A stretch of DNA of 49,395 bases. Source: a bacterium (GTDB lineage Bacteria; CLD3; SB21). The stretch covers positions 62,001-111,395 of the forward strand of contig JABWCP010000013.1 of assembly GCA_013360215.1 (NCBI GenBank), given 5' to 3'. The notes beneath the pieces are model-generated. The model was given only the letters and a program-made list of their open reading frames with translations. It was not told the origin of the DNA and searched no databases. Within the stretch, counting starts at the first letter, position 1. Every line of letters starts with the position of its first letter. Shown one piece after another: positions 1 through 8,838 of the stretch. The position numbers were made by a program, and so were the translations under genes.

Positions 1-2
1 TG

Positions 3-458
3 GATTCAACCGATGCGGAAAGTTATTTTTTATTGTGGCTTCTGACCGAAAACGACAAACCAAACAGCCCGTTTTTGCGATTATCATTGAAGTTAGATCC
101 TAATTCGTTTCAAACTCACTATGCTTTAGGCCAATACTGGTCTCGTAATAAACAGCCGGATAAAGCGATAGACGAGTACAAGTTATGTATACGGATTAAT
201 CCGGACAATTACCGCTCTTATTATTCACTTGGCAATGTATACTCACAAATCAAACGCTACGATATGGCCGTGGAAGAATACGAGAAAGCTATTGCAATAA
301 ATAAAAACCTGTACGAAGCGTATTTTTATGTCGGTGTAGCGTATTATTATTTAGATAAAAACAAAAAAGCACAACAACGACTCTCTCAATATATAGAGAT
401 GCAACCTAATCCTAAATATAAGCCACAGGCCGAACAGCTTCTCATGGATATGAAATAA
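3..458 (+). CDS. Tetratricopeptide-repeat (TPR) protein, 5'-truncated at the window edge
   Basis: Frame is open back to position 3 (DSTDAESYFLLWLL...). Repeated TPR motifs: HYALGQYW..AIDEYK..IRINPD, YYSLGNVY..AVEEYEKAIAIN, YFYVGVAYY. Confidence 0.9.
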   Translation, partial: DSTDAESYFLLWLLTENDKPNSPFLRLSLKLDPNSFQTHYALGQYWSRNKQPDKAIDEYKLCIRINPDNYRSYYSLGNVYSQIKRYDMAVEEYEKAIAINKNLYEAYFYVGVAYYYLDKNKKAQQRLSQYIEMQPNPKYKPQAEQLLMDMK

Positions 459-528
459 AACGCTTTGAGCGCGAAAGTAACGCGGCATCCTAAAATAGGG
501 CATGGCCATATTTGGAGTGCATATGGTA

Positions 529-1014
529 TTATACTTTCCAACGATATTGATACGCTAGCGGGCCTGGCTTCTTACATTCTACTATGTTACTGTTTCCAAA
601 ATGAAGTTTATTTAGGTGAATTATGATATGATATCCATCTTTCGATATTATCCATAGATTGGGTTTTAGTTTATAAGGTTTTAAACTATAATCAGGATCA
701 AGGAATACCCCTGTTTTCTTTCTTAACTCCTTAAGTGTAATGTCAATATTATAATTATTTTGAATCGAACTCGATACAAAAGCTCTACCGTTGGAAAGAT
801 AGAGAAAATGATGATAAAACTCTGTGAATGAATCGCCATCAGGGTTGCCGTGCTTTCGGTGAGTCAAAACATGTAGTCCCTGCTGGTGTTTATCAAAATA
901 AACGCACTCAAGGCTCGTTGGGTATTTAAATACTAATAAGTAGAATATCCAAAATGGAACGATCAAAATAGATATTACAAAAAAAACTCCAGCGTCCATA
1001 GGTGTCGTATCCAT
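529..1014 (-). CDS. Hypothetical protein with N-terminal transmembrane helix
   Basis: 161-aa ATG ORF starting 2 nt after the stop of the upstream co-oriented gene; hydrophobic segment VFFVISILIVPFWIFYLLVF. Confidence 0.6.
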   Translation of the reverse strand: MDTTPMDAGVFFVISILIVPFWIFYLLVFKYPTSLECVYFDKHQQGLHVLTHRKHGNPDGDSFTEFYHHFLYLSNGRAFVSSSIQNNYNIDITLKELRKKTGVFLDPDYSLKPYKLKPNLWIISKDGYHIIIHLNKLHFGNSNIVECKKPGPLAYQYRWKV

Positions 1015-1016
1015 TT

Positions 1017-1385
1017 CTATTTTACTTCAATCTGTCCACAACCGCTTAGCTCGGATTCGTCGTTTACAACTATCGCAGCCGTAAATACACCACTTTCCGC
1101 CACTTCTATAAACGTTGTAAAATAATCTAATTGATCTGCTTGTATTTCGGAGATTTTATACTTCAAATTGTTTTTATACCATTGTACTTTTAACGGTATA
1201 AAATCACTGCATCTTTTCTCAAAGTGCGCATACAATTTGACGGTATCCTTTTTATCAATATCAAAAAAAGAACAATAATCGCTATTTCGAATTTGCTGAT
1301 ATGGCGTAACGAACAGATGGGTGCAGTCGCTCATGGAAGTAAATTGCTGTGCACATAAAATCGAAGCGTATATTATAATAATCAA
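1017..1385 (-). CDS. Small secreted beta-rich protein, possibly Ig-like (DUF2914-like)
   Basis: Signal-like N-terminus (..ILCA-QQ) and beta-strand pattern LKVQWYKNN...SGVFTAAIVVND. TTG start is uncertain. Confidence 0.55.
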   Translation of the reverse strand: MIIIIYASILCAQQFTSMSDCTHLFVTPYQQIRNSDYCSFFDIDKKDTVKLYAHFEKRCSDFIPLKVQWYKNNLKYKISEIQADQLDYFTTFIEVAESGVFTAAIVVNDESELSGCGQIEVK

Positions 1386-1394
1386 TTTATTATC

Positions 1395-2612
1395 TCATTT
1401 TGAGATAGGGCCGATATACTTTTTAGCAATTACCAAATGATCAAAGAATATAGAGCCGATGTGATTAGCATTATTATTATCATTAAAATTTTTCAACCAA
1501 ATATAATTTAAGTTTAACGCGGGGTCATTTCGCCACTGAAATCCCTCGAACGGTATGCCTGAACCCTCTGTAAAAAATGCTTCACTCCAAGTCCCAACAG
1601 GAAACATGTAGCCCAGATGAAATATTTGAACACCATCAACCCACAGTTTCAGTTCGCCATTAGAAGCCGAAACCGGACTATTTAATTTAATCATCATTTC
1701 GATGCAGTGCCACGAGGTCAAACTAATATTATTGGCGGTCGAGTTATTAATAAACTCATTTCCATAATAGGATCCAGCATTCGGCCCGGTAGTGTAGGGG
1801 TGCATGCCCATCCAATAATTATAAAATCCAAATTTCGAATAGTCGGCGGGATTTTGTCTTGCAGCACCTGTTATTTCTGTACCTACGTGAAATTCTACAT
1901 TGCCAAGCGGTTTGACGCCGGACTTTTGTCCGGCTGTTGGCGATGGTGGATTTTTGCCGCCGACATAAACACCGGAATGGTGATATGCAGTGGTATTGTC
2001 ATATTTGATGTAATATCGAACAAAAATAGAATCGGTGATGTCAGGGTTCAACTGTTTATAGATAAATGTATTTTCATTAGCGTTTGTTCCATCATCAATA
2101 GTCTTTAGTTGCAAGGATTGAGATCCCAAACTTCCTGATGGAACAGACTTGTCAAAGACTATATTGGAAGATACGGTGGTTTTTTGATTCCAATAAGTCA
2201 TCATATTAGATATAGTTGCTTCTTCAAACATCTCTGTAAAAATCACGTCGGCATCTTCTTCTATTTTGAGATCGCCCGGATACTTCTGAGCTATACCTAT
2301 ATAATTAGTTGGATTAGAATTCACAATTACGGTGGTTATTGCTGAATCAATCCCAGCCTTATTACTTGCTTTCAATTTATAAATAGTTGTGAAAGCTGGT
2401 GTAACAGTTTTTAGAGTTCCTGACACGATCCCGATGTTATTATCGATAAAAATCGTTTCAGCTCCGCTAACATCCCATGAAAGCATGGTGCTTTGTCCGC
2501 TCGTTATGCTGTCAGGATTGGCTATAAAGCTTATAATCTTGGGTTTTTTTTCATGTTCTTCACTGTTACAAGCCAAAACTATAAGGAGTAATAATACAAT
2601 ATTATTTTTCAT
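1395..2612 (-). CDS. Lipoprotein: Ig/PKD-like domain plus concanavalin-fold, polysaccharide-lyase-like domain
   Basis: Lipobox VLAC; Ig module ISFIANPDSITSGQSTMLSWDV; C-terminal motifs IFVRYYIKY, YHH, WHCIEMMIKLN..GELKLWVDG, FDHLVIA resemble PL14-like jelly-roll proteins. Confidence 0.7.
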   Translation of the reverse strand: MKNNIVLLLLIVLACNSEEHEKKPKIISFIANPDSITSGQSTMLSWDVSGAETIFIDNNIGIVSGTLKTVTPAFTTIYKLKASNKAGIDSAITTVIVNSNPTNYIGIAQKYPGDLKIEEDADVIFTEMFEEATISNMMTYWNQKTTVSSNIVFDKSVPSGSLGSQSLQLKTIDDGTNANENTFIYKQLNPDITDSIFVRYYIKYDNTTAYHHSGVYVGGKNPPSPTAGQKSGVKPLGNVEFHVGTEITGAARQNPADYSKFGFYNYWMGMHPYTTGPNAGSYYGNEFINNSTANNISLTSWHCIEMMIKLNSPVSASNGELKLWVDGVQIFHLGYMFPVGTWSEAFFTEGSGIPFEGFQWRNDPALNLNYIWLKNFNDNNNANHIGSIFFDHLVIAKKYIGPISK

Positions 2613-2616
2613 AGGC

Positions 2617-4368
2617 TTATTCCTTAAGGTATTCTAAAATTAACACACAGGATTTTCCCAACAAGTACGTATTATCAGATTGTAACGTAACTATGCTTTT
2701 GGTTAAATTGTCATCCGTTAATGCGCCAGTCAATGATGATGCTTTGGCGATGGAGTAACCCGAAACAACGGGCAGCGCCAGTTTCTTGGTTTTTGACAGA
2801 TCAATATTCACCACTATTATGGAGAGATGTTTACCATCATTAGTTTGAAAAGCTGACGCCCTAACGAAAGAGTCCATACCACCGTCAATCATTTTTATGG
2901 ATGTTAGAACAGATTTATCATGCATGATGGGAAAGAATTCTTCGTAAACCTGGGCTGCTGCCATAAAGGTAAAACTACCGTCGTTATTACGTCTAATAGG
3001 ATGCCATTGTGCAAGCCAGCTTCCATAAATCCAATAGTTGGCTCGTTCAATATTCGTTATCTGACTTGCCATCGTGAGGAAGTTGGCGGTTGATAGCGCA
3101 CCTTCCCATTTAAATCCTTTGTCCGGATTAGATTGCGGAGCATCATGGGCATGATCGCCAATAACAATCTTCAATCCCTTGTTTAGCGTGACAGCTTCCC
3201 AAGATTTTAGTAATGTTTCATCTTGAAGTATGTTGGGATTTCCGGTGGCCGGATCTTCGTCATAAAAAAAGTGAGGAGATATACCCCAAAATTTTCCTGA
3301 AAAACTTGATGCATTAAGTATGGCTGTATTCCATGCAGAATTGGGGTTGCCCACAACCGGTAATGTGATTTGAATGGTAGGATCAATACGTCTCATAGCA
3401 TCAATAACCGGAGTAGCAAGAGGTATGTACTTAGAAGCATCAAAATTAAACTCACTGGGAGACCAAGGCTCATTGCCAATGTTCCATGTCCGCACATTGT
3501 ATGGCACTTCGCGGCCGTTAGCTGCGCGCTGTGCCGCCCATGGATGGTTCCCGTCATTCGGTGCGTTGCAATACTCAACCCAATCGGCAGCATTTTGTGC
3601 GGCGCTACTTTCGCTGGAAATGGGATAAATGTTGACCATAATTTGAATATCGGCTCCAGTCAATCCTCGCGCTAATACCATTTGCATAAACTCATCAAAA
3701 CCGAAAGCCAGTATATTATTAGAATTTGGTGCGAGCTGTTGTGGTAGCCTGTTGGCGATTGGGCCTACGGTATATTTCCAGTTCCAATTCATTACCACTG
3801 GATTTCCGGGATAGCGAACTCCCGTTACAGGTAGTTTGTTCCAGAGCGGTTGAAGTCCGGCAAGCATGGCGCCGGTCGCAATATCGTGGTAACCTATGGA
3901 TAAACCAATTCCATTGTCTAAACTACTCCGTGCATCGTAACTGATACCTAAGAGTTTTCTTGGTTTAAGATTCAGGACATGAGATTCATCTACTGTAACA
4001 ATCAATGTGTTCGGATCGGGAGACACAAATACGGTTACAGAGGCTGAGTCTGCTCCATATTTGTTGATTGCTTTTAGTTGGTAGGTTGTGGTATTGAACG
4101 GAGTAACAATATAGCTCACGCTTGTTATGGCTCCGATATCATTGTCAATGGTAACTGATTCAGCGCCGGTAACATCCCATGAAAGCGTAACGCTTTCGCC
4201 GCTTGTTATGTTTTCAGGGTTAGCTATAAAGCTGTAAATAACGGGTTTTTTGTTTTTTGCTCTCGGCTCGTCTTCTTTACATGACTGGATGCCCAGTAGA
4301 AAGAATCCGATCAAATAAAAGACGGCACAGTTGCCGGGATCTATGAAGTTACCTTTATACTTTGACAT
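2617..4368 (-). CDS. Lipoprotein: Ig/PKD-like domain plus GH51-like (clan GH-A, alpha-L-arabinofuranosidase-like) domain
   Basis: Lipobox IQSC followed by KEDE; GH51-type motifs VRYPG, FGFDEFM, AADWVEYCN, RAANG..PYNV..WNIGNEPW. Confidence 0.8.
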   Translation of the reverse strand: MSKYKGNFIDPGNCAVFYLIGFFLLGIQSCKEDEPRAKNKKPVIYSFIANPENITSGESVTLSWDVTGAESVTIDNDIGAITSVSYIVTPFNTTTYQLKAINKYGADSASVTVFVSPDPNTLIVTVDESHVLNLKPRKLLGISYDARSSLDNGIGLSIGYHDIATGAMLAGLQPLWNKLPVTGVRYPGNPVVMNWNWKYTVGPIANRLPQQLAPNSNNILAFGFDEFMQMVLARGLTGADIQIMVNIYPISSESSAAQNAADWVEYCNAPNDGNHPWAAQRAANGREVPYNVRTWNIGNEPWSPSEFNFDASKYIPLATPVIDAMRRIDPTIQITLPVVGNPNSAWNTAILNASSFSGKFWGISPHFFYDEDPATGNPNILQDETLLKSWEAVTLNKGLKIVIGDHAHDAPQSNPDKGFKWEGALSTANFLTMASQITNIERANYWIYGSWLAQWHPIRRNNDGSFTFMAAAQVYEEFFPIMHDKSVLTSIKMIDGGMDSFVRASAFQTNDGKHLSIIVVNIDLSKTKKLALPVVSGYSIAKASSLTGALTDDNLTKSIVTLQSDNTYLLGKSCVLILEYLKE

Positions 4369-4373
4369 CAGAT

Positions 4374-4868
4374 TTACGGGTTAAATTGTATAAATGAGAG
4401 GGAAAAAACTATTAGAGTATCATCTGCCGTACTTGAAGAAATGTTAAGGTCAGTCAACCCGTTTACAACAAAAGCGCCATTGACTAGAGGAATTCTTGCG
4501 AATAGAAGCTGCCGGAACATGTATTTCATACATTCAAGAAACTCCATGTTCTTAGTCCCTTCATACACTATCTTCACACCTTCAACGTTGCCTGCCGGTT
4601 TTACAACAAATTGTATGCGGATTCTAAAATCCTGCTTTTCGCCAGAGCTAACGTTCCTAACGTAACAACTAGCAAAATACTGAATTTTTGAATTAATTTT
4701 TTCTGCAATTTCACTATCCTTACGCCCAGTGCCATAGACTGCTGGCGCTGTACAGAATATGTTCAGCCTTCCGGTTTTTGAGTCTTGCGCATTTAATAAA
4801 TTATCACCACACGCAAGGGCGCATGCAAACCAAGCAAATAAAACAAACTGATTAAACAAACCTTTCAT
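4374..4868 (-). CDS. Exported protein with a TonB-C-like (AgmX/PglI C-terminal-type) domain
   Basis: N-terminal signal or lipobox (ALAC); pattern FASCY...IRIQFVVKPAGNVEGVKIV...FLECM..F with two Cys matches the AgmX/PglI-type TonB_C fold. Confidence 0.6.
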   Translation of the reverse strand: MKGLFNQFVLFAWFACALACGDNLLNAQDSKTGRLNIFCTAPAVYGTGRKDSEIAEKINSKIQYFASCYVRNVSSGEKQDFRIRIQFVVKPAGNVEGVKIVYEGTKNMEFLECMKYMFRQLLFARIPLVNGAFVVNGLTDLNISSSTADDTLIVFSLSFIQFNP

Positions 4869-4884
4869 GAATTATGTTCTAAAT

Positions 4885-5589
4885 CTAATTAGTATAAATT
4901 AATTTTAACTGAGCAGCAGTCAAGCCGATATCAAACAAAGCCACTTCATCAATACTTCCCTTAAAGCTGTCACCGCTCAAACCAAGCCGCGTCCCAATGA
5001 ACAAAGGAGACGTGTCGATGACAAGCGCGTTCGCGGCTGATAAGGATCCTACCTCTTCACCATTAACATATAATCTCATCGTTATCCCATCATAGCTTCC
5101 AGCTATATGCATCCACTGATTTAGAGAATAACCGGTATTGCGTACTTCAGAATTATTAATACTAAATATCACGTCTCCCGTCCCGGATAATGCTAACTTA
5201 TAAGGTGACGGCAATCCGCCCCCTTTCGTTAGAATGTATTGTGTTTTTTGTTCTTCAGCATAAACCCATGCTGTAATGGTGATGCCGTTTAAGAAATGAA
5301 ATGCGGTGTCATCGGGAACGGTTATTAAATCATCCGTCCCGTCAAAGTGATAAGCATCATTGACTGAATCATTGTGTCCGGCCGTCAATAGCGGACCAAA
5401 GGAAGTCCCAATATGTTGATTGGCTGATGCATCGTCGGTATTGCCATGAAATGGGTAATAGGCTACCGCTTCGCTATAAGGATTGCCAGTACTGTCTGTA
5501 TCAGTAATGTCCGTATCCTCGTGAATATTCTCATCACAAGACATCGCTATAACCAACACAATTATCAGAGCGAATAAATTGAAGCGCAT
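4885..5589 (-). CDS. LamG/concanavalin-A-like lipoprotein
   Basis: AAGGAG RBS; lipobox AMSC; motifs VAYYPFHGN, AYHFDG, ITITAWV, WMHIAGSYDG..MRLYVNG, FKGSIDEV. Confidence 0.9.
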   Translation of the reverse strand: MRFNLFALIIVLVIAMSCDENIHEDTDITDTDSTGNPYSEAVAYYPFHGNTDDASANQHIGTSFGPLLTAGHNDSVNDAYHFDGTDDLITVPDDTAFHFLNGITITAWVYAEEQKTQYILTKGGGLPSPYKLALSGTGDVIFSINNSEVRNTGYSLNQWMHIAGSYDGITMRLYVNGEEVGSLSAANALVIDTSPLFIGTRLGLSGDSFKGSIDEVALFDIGLTAAQLKLIYTN

Positions 5590-5811
5590 GTTTACTCCTT
5601 GTTAGTTTCTATATTCTATAAAAGAGTATATTGAATTCGCCCCATCCATTTCCGATCCATGCGCCGATACAGGAGTTGACGGGTTTCGATCTGCGTTCTC
5701 CCAAGAAATAACAAGCGAAAAAAAATACATACGATTGAGTCTATTATTTCATTCTTCACTTTCAACTAAACACTTGAGCTATTAAGCTTATTTGTGTAAG
5801 CAAACGCACTC

Positions 5812-7779
5812 TTAAAACGCATATTGAATTCTTAATAAAAACTCTCTCTCTAAACCGGAAACGGGATTGTGTCCGCCATTATATCCTTGAGGAAATTCGT
5901 AATGTTCTCCAAGAATATTGTATATACCCACACCGACATCTAATTTTGAGACAACATGACGGTACAACAAATAGAGATTTATCTGATAACTTGGATCAAA
6001 CGCTTTAATTCCAATGTTGGGGTCTACGCCGTCATAACCATAGCGTGTGCTCTGATAAATAAAGGAAGGGCTGACGGATAAACTAGCGGTTGGGAACCAA
6101 GTAATGATTCCTGCAATCTTATGCTTTGCCATAGCTAAATAGTAATTCGATTTGCCGGGAACTTCGTAATCATTGATAGAATTCTTATTGGCCGTCGTGT
6201 AAAAAGAATAATTTACAATGAAATTGTTTTTGCCTAATCTGTATTTATTCTCGATCTCAATCCCGCGAGACCCGGTTTTTCCGAAATTCTGATAACCTTC
6301 AACTACTACATCATTTATAGAGTCGTAATCGGCGCGATAAACGATAGGTTTATGTGTCGTTATATCATACACATTGGCGGTCAAATTCATATCTTTGGAT
6401 ACTTGCCATCCTAATTCTGCTTCAAGTACCGTAGTTATTTCCGGCTTGATATCAAATTGTTTTCCACTTCGTATGTTTTCAACGACGGGAGAGCGGAAAG
6501 CGCGGCTGGCTAATAGTTTCAAATGCCACTTATCGAAGGTTTTATTGAAAGCAGCGCGCGGTACAAACGATGTGCCGTATACGTTATGTCTTTCAAAACG
6601 CGCTCCTACTGTTATGCGACCAAATGGGATTGCTGAGTTTATTTGGGCGAAAGAGGACATATTATAAAATGTGGCAGAAGTTTTGTTAAAGTTGTCGCCA
6701 TAAAGTCCGGATATTTCGTCAGCATGGTACGCGGCATCGCTTGAGTACTCGACGCCGACTAGCAATCCGGTATTTTTAGTAAATTCATACTGTGATATGA
6801 CATCAACCGTGTTCCTATAAATTCTCTTGCGATAAGTTATGTAGCTATCTACTGAATCGTAGGCAATGTTCCATGGCCGCTGCCATGTAATGTTGATATG
6901 AGGTGTAAGAGTCCATTTATCATTCAATTGAAAATCATATTTGATATCAGACGCGATAGTCTTAAATGTCTGTGCTTTTGTTTTGGAAAAGTTGGCGTCA
7001 AAGCCGTCATTTATCTTATTTACATAATTTTCATACATAAACAGTGCGCTAAACGCATGGTGTTTTACACGTATGGTTGCGAACATCGGATCATGTGTAT
7101 TCTCTTTAAGAGAAAAGGAATTACCGTAAATATCTGTAAATCTTCGATAGGAAGGGTGTGTCTGTCCTAAAAAAACCGATGTAACTATTTCTCCATTTTC
7201 CCAACCGTGACTGTAAGCCGCGCTGACATCACGCCTTGAAAACGATTTATTAAATTTGCCCAAATTTGATGTCAAATTAAAACCGTTGATCTGTTCGGCG
7301 CCTTTAGTGATCACGTTGATCACGGCATATTCGGCAAATCCCCCATAGACAGCAGACCCGGGCCCGCGAATAATCTCAATACGTCTAATTTGATTCAAAG
7401 GAAATCTATTTTGCAAAACCAAGTTGCCAAAAAGTAATTCATTCACAGCCTGTCCGTCCCACAAGAATAGTATTTTTCCTTCCGGGGCCCACAATCCACG
7501 CACTGCAGGGCGCCCAACACCCAAAATATCCCCCTGAAAATCCATTCCAGGTATTAGTCTCAGCACATCAACCATATCTCGGGCGCCGGAACTTGTTATT
7601 TCATCCTCTGTTATCACAGTAATAATTCCAGGTGTTTCACGTACATTGAGTCCGCCGGTTTTAGTTGCAACTTGTACGATGTCAACGTTTAAGAGTTCCT
7701 CAAGCGTCATGTTTTCATAATCCGCAGTTTGCGACCACGCCAGGGTTGCACTGAAAAGCATCAAGTAGAGGTGTTTCAC
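5812..7779 (-). CDS. TonB-dependent outer-membrane receptor (YfiR-associated type)
   Basis: AAAGGAG RBS and GTG start; signal peptide; MTLEELLNV N-terminus; plug motif RIEIIRGPGSAVYG; C-terminal YAF beta-barrel signature. Confidence 0.92.
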   Translation of the reverse strand: MKHLYLMLFSATLAWSQTADYENMTLEELLNVDIVQVATKTGGLNVRETPGIITVITEDEITSSGARDMVDVLRLIPGMDFQGDILGVGRPAVRGLWAPEGKILFLWDGQAVNELLFGNLVLQNRFPLNQIRRIEIIRGPGSAVYGGFAEYAVINVITKGAEQINGFNLTSNLGKFNKSFSRRDVSAAYSHGWENGEIVTSVFLGQTHPSYRRFTDIYGNSFSLKENTHDPMFATIRVKHHAFSALFMYENYVNKINDGFDANFSKTKAQTFKTIASDIKYDFQLNDKWTLTPHINITWQRPWNIAYDSVDSYITYRKRIYRNTVDVISQYEFTKNTGLLVGVEYSSDAAYHADEISGLYGDNFNKTSATFYNMSSFAQINSAIPFGRITVGARFERHNVYGTSFVPRAAFNKTFDKWHLKLLASRAFRSPVVENIRSGKQFDIKPEITTVLEAELGWQVSKDMNLTANVYDITTHKPIVYRADYDSINDVVVEGYQNFGKTGSRGIEIENKYRLGKNNFIVNYSFYTTANKNSINDYEVPGKSNYYLAMAKHKIAGIITWFPTASLSVSPSFIYQSTRYGYDGVDPNIGIKAFDPSYQINLYLLYRHVVSKLDVGVGIYNILGEHYEFPQGYNGGHNPVSGLEREFLLRIQYAF

Positions 7780-7814
7780 GGGGGTTCTCCTTTAAATGGT
7801 TTGGTGACGTTATT

Positions 7815-8345
7815 TTATTTTATCACTTGAGCCACTTTAAAAATTGCCGCATTCCACGTTATTCCCTGTAACGATGATGAGTTCAAGTTGACTATGATTT
7901 TTGGTTTATTGTCATTCCCCGGTATAATTCCTAACGATGCCCCGCTCTCAATAATAGTAAGCCGTTTTGCTATAGTCATTATTTTATTCTTATTTGCATA
8001 TTCAAATACCGCTTTAGGATCTTGTACATCCCCAATGTATATCACATCCGGAGGATTAAATGGCAATGTCGTTCCAAAGGTTACGGTCACAATAGTTGAA
8101 GTCCCGACCTTTTTTCCTTCATACGCTTTGAGTTTCTCTCCAAGCTTGGGTTGCAGCAAGACAAAGATTGTTAAGGAACGATCTATTGAAAGGCGCCGTT
8201 CATAATGCAATACCTTAACGATCAAGGGTGCAAGAATCTCGTTGGGTATCTCTTCATCTTGGCTATGAGCGGGATTATGTACTGATAGTAATCCAGCAAG
8301 TAAAATCACCAAAACAAAAATATCAAAAGTATAAGAGGTTTTCAT
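7815..8345 (-). CDS. yfiR: YfiR/HmsC (DUF4154) family periplasmic regulator
   Basis: Signal peptide (AHS-QD); motifs LIVKVLHY, DVIYIG, GASLGII..KPKIIVNL..S..QGITW..AIFKVA; lies directly upstream of the TBDR and downstream of a membrane kinase. Confidence 0.75.
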   Translation of the reverse strand: MKTSYTFDIFVLVILLAGLLSVHNPAHSQDEEIPNEILAPLIVKVLHYERRLSIDRSLTIFVLLQPKLGEKLKAYEGKKVGTSTIVTVTFGTTLPFNPPDVIYIGDVQDPKAVFEYANKNKIMTIAKRLTIIESGASLGIIPGNDNKPKIIVNLNSSSLQGITWNAAIFKVAQVIK

Positions 8346-8439
8346 GGACGTTATATTAAGTTCTACCGTGCGTATTATTATTTGTGATTCGAAAGAAGTC
8401 GGTTTTCATATGGTCTTTAGACGAAAGCTTTCATAAAAA

Positions 8440-8838
8440 CTAGCTTGCAAATCGTGATTTTGCCCTCATTATGCCATTGGTAACGGCCGCAGTCAGTAGT
8501 CGGGTCGGGCAAGATTTAGTCAAAAACTCATCAATTACTTTGGCTTTGATCATGTTGTCCATTTCGGCTTCTACTTCAGAATATCCGGAATAAATAATAT
8601 TGTAAGTGCGGAATTCAGGATAAAGTTCTTTAACTTTCATTAAGAACTGAAGACCGTTCATCTCAGGCATTCTATGGTCACTGATAATGACAGAGACCTT
8701 TTTGTTCGTTTCTAACTCTTTGATCGCGTTCTTTGGTTCGGTAAAAGTCAAGACATGAAAGTCGTCTTCAAATAAAAGGCGGAGTGATTTGCCGATTTCC
8801 GGATCATCGTCTACGCACATTATGGTGTCGATTAGCAT
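8440..8838 (-). CDS. Stand-alone response regulator receiver protein
   Basis: IMCVDDD acidic pocket, IISDHRMPEMNG phosphoacceptor, YSGY and LTK motifs; overlaps the kinase stop. Confidence 0.9.
   Translation of the reverse strand: MLIDTIMCVDDDPEIGKSLRLLFEDDFHVLTFTEPKNAIKELETNKKVSVIISDHRMPEMNGLQFLMKVKELYPEFRTYNIIYSGYSEVEAEMDNMIKAKVIDEFLTKSCPTRLLTAAVTNGIMRAKSRFAS

Noticed and set aside
5600..5735. GC-richer patch between the TBDR and LamG genes: possible riboswitch or 42-codon ORF (MYFFSLVISW...)
   Set aside because: No match by eye to c-di-GMP, cobalamin, TPP or SAM riboswitch cores; the ORF has no RBS or recognisable features.
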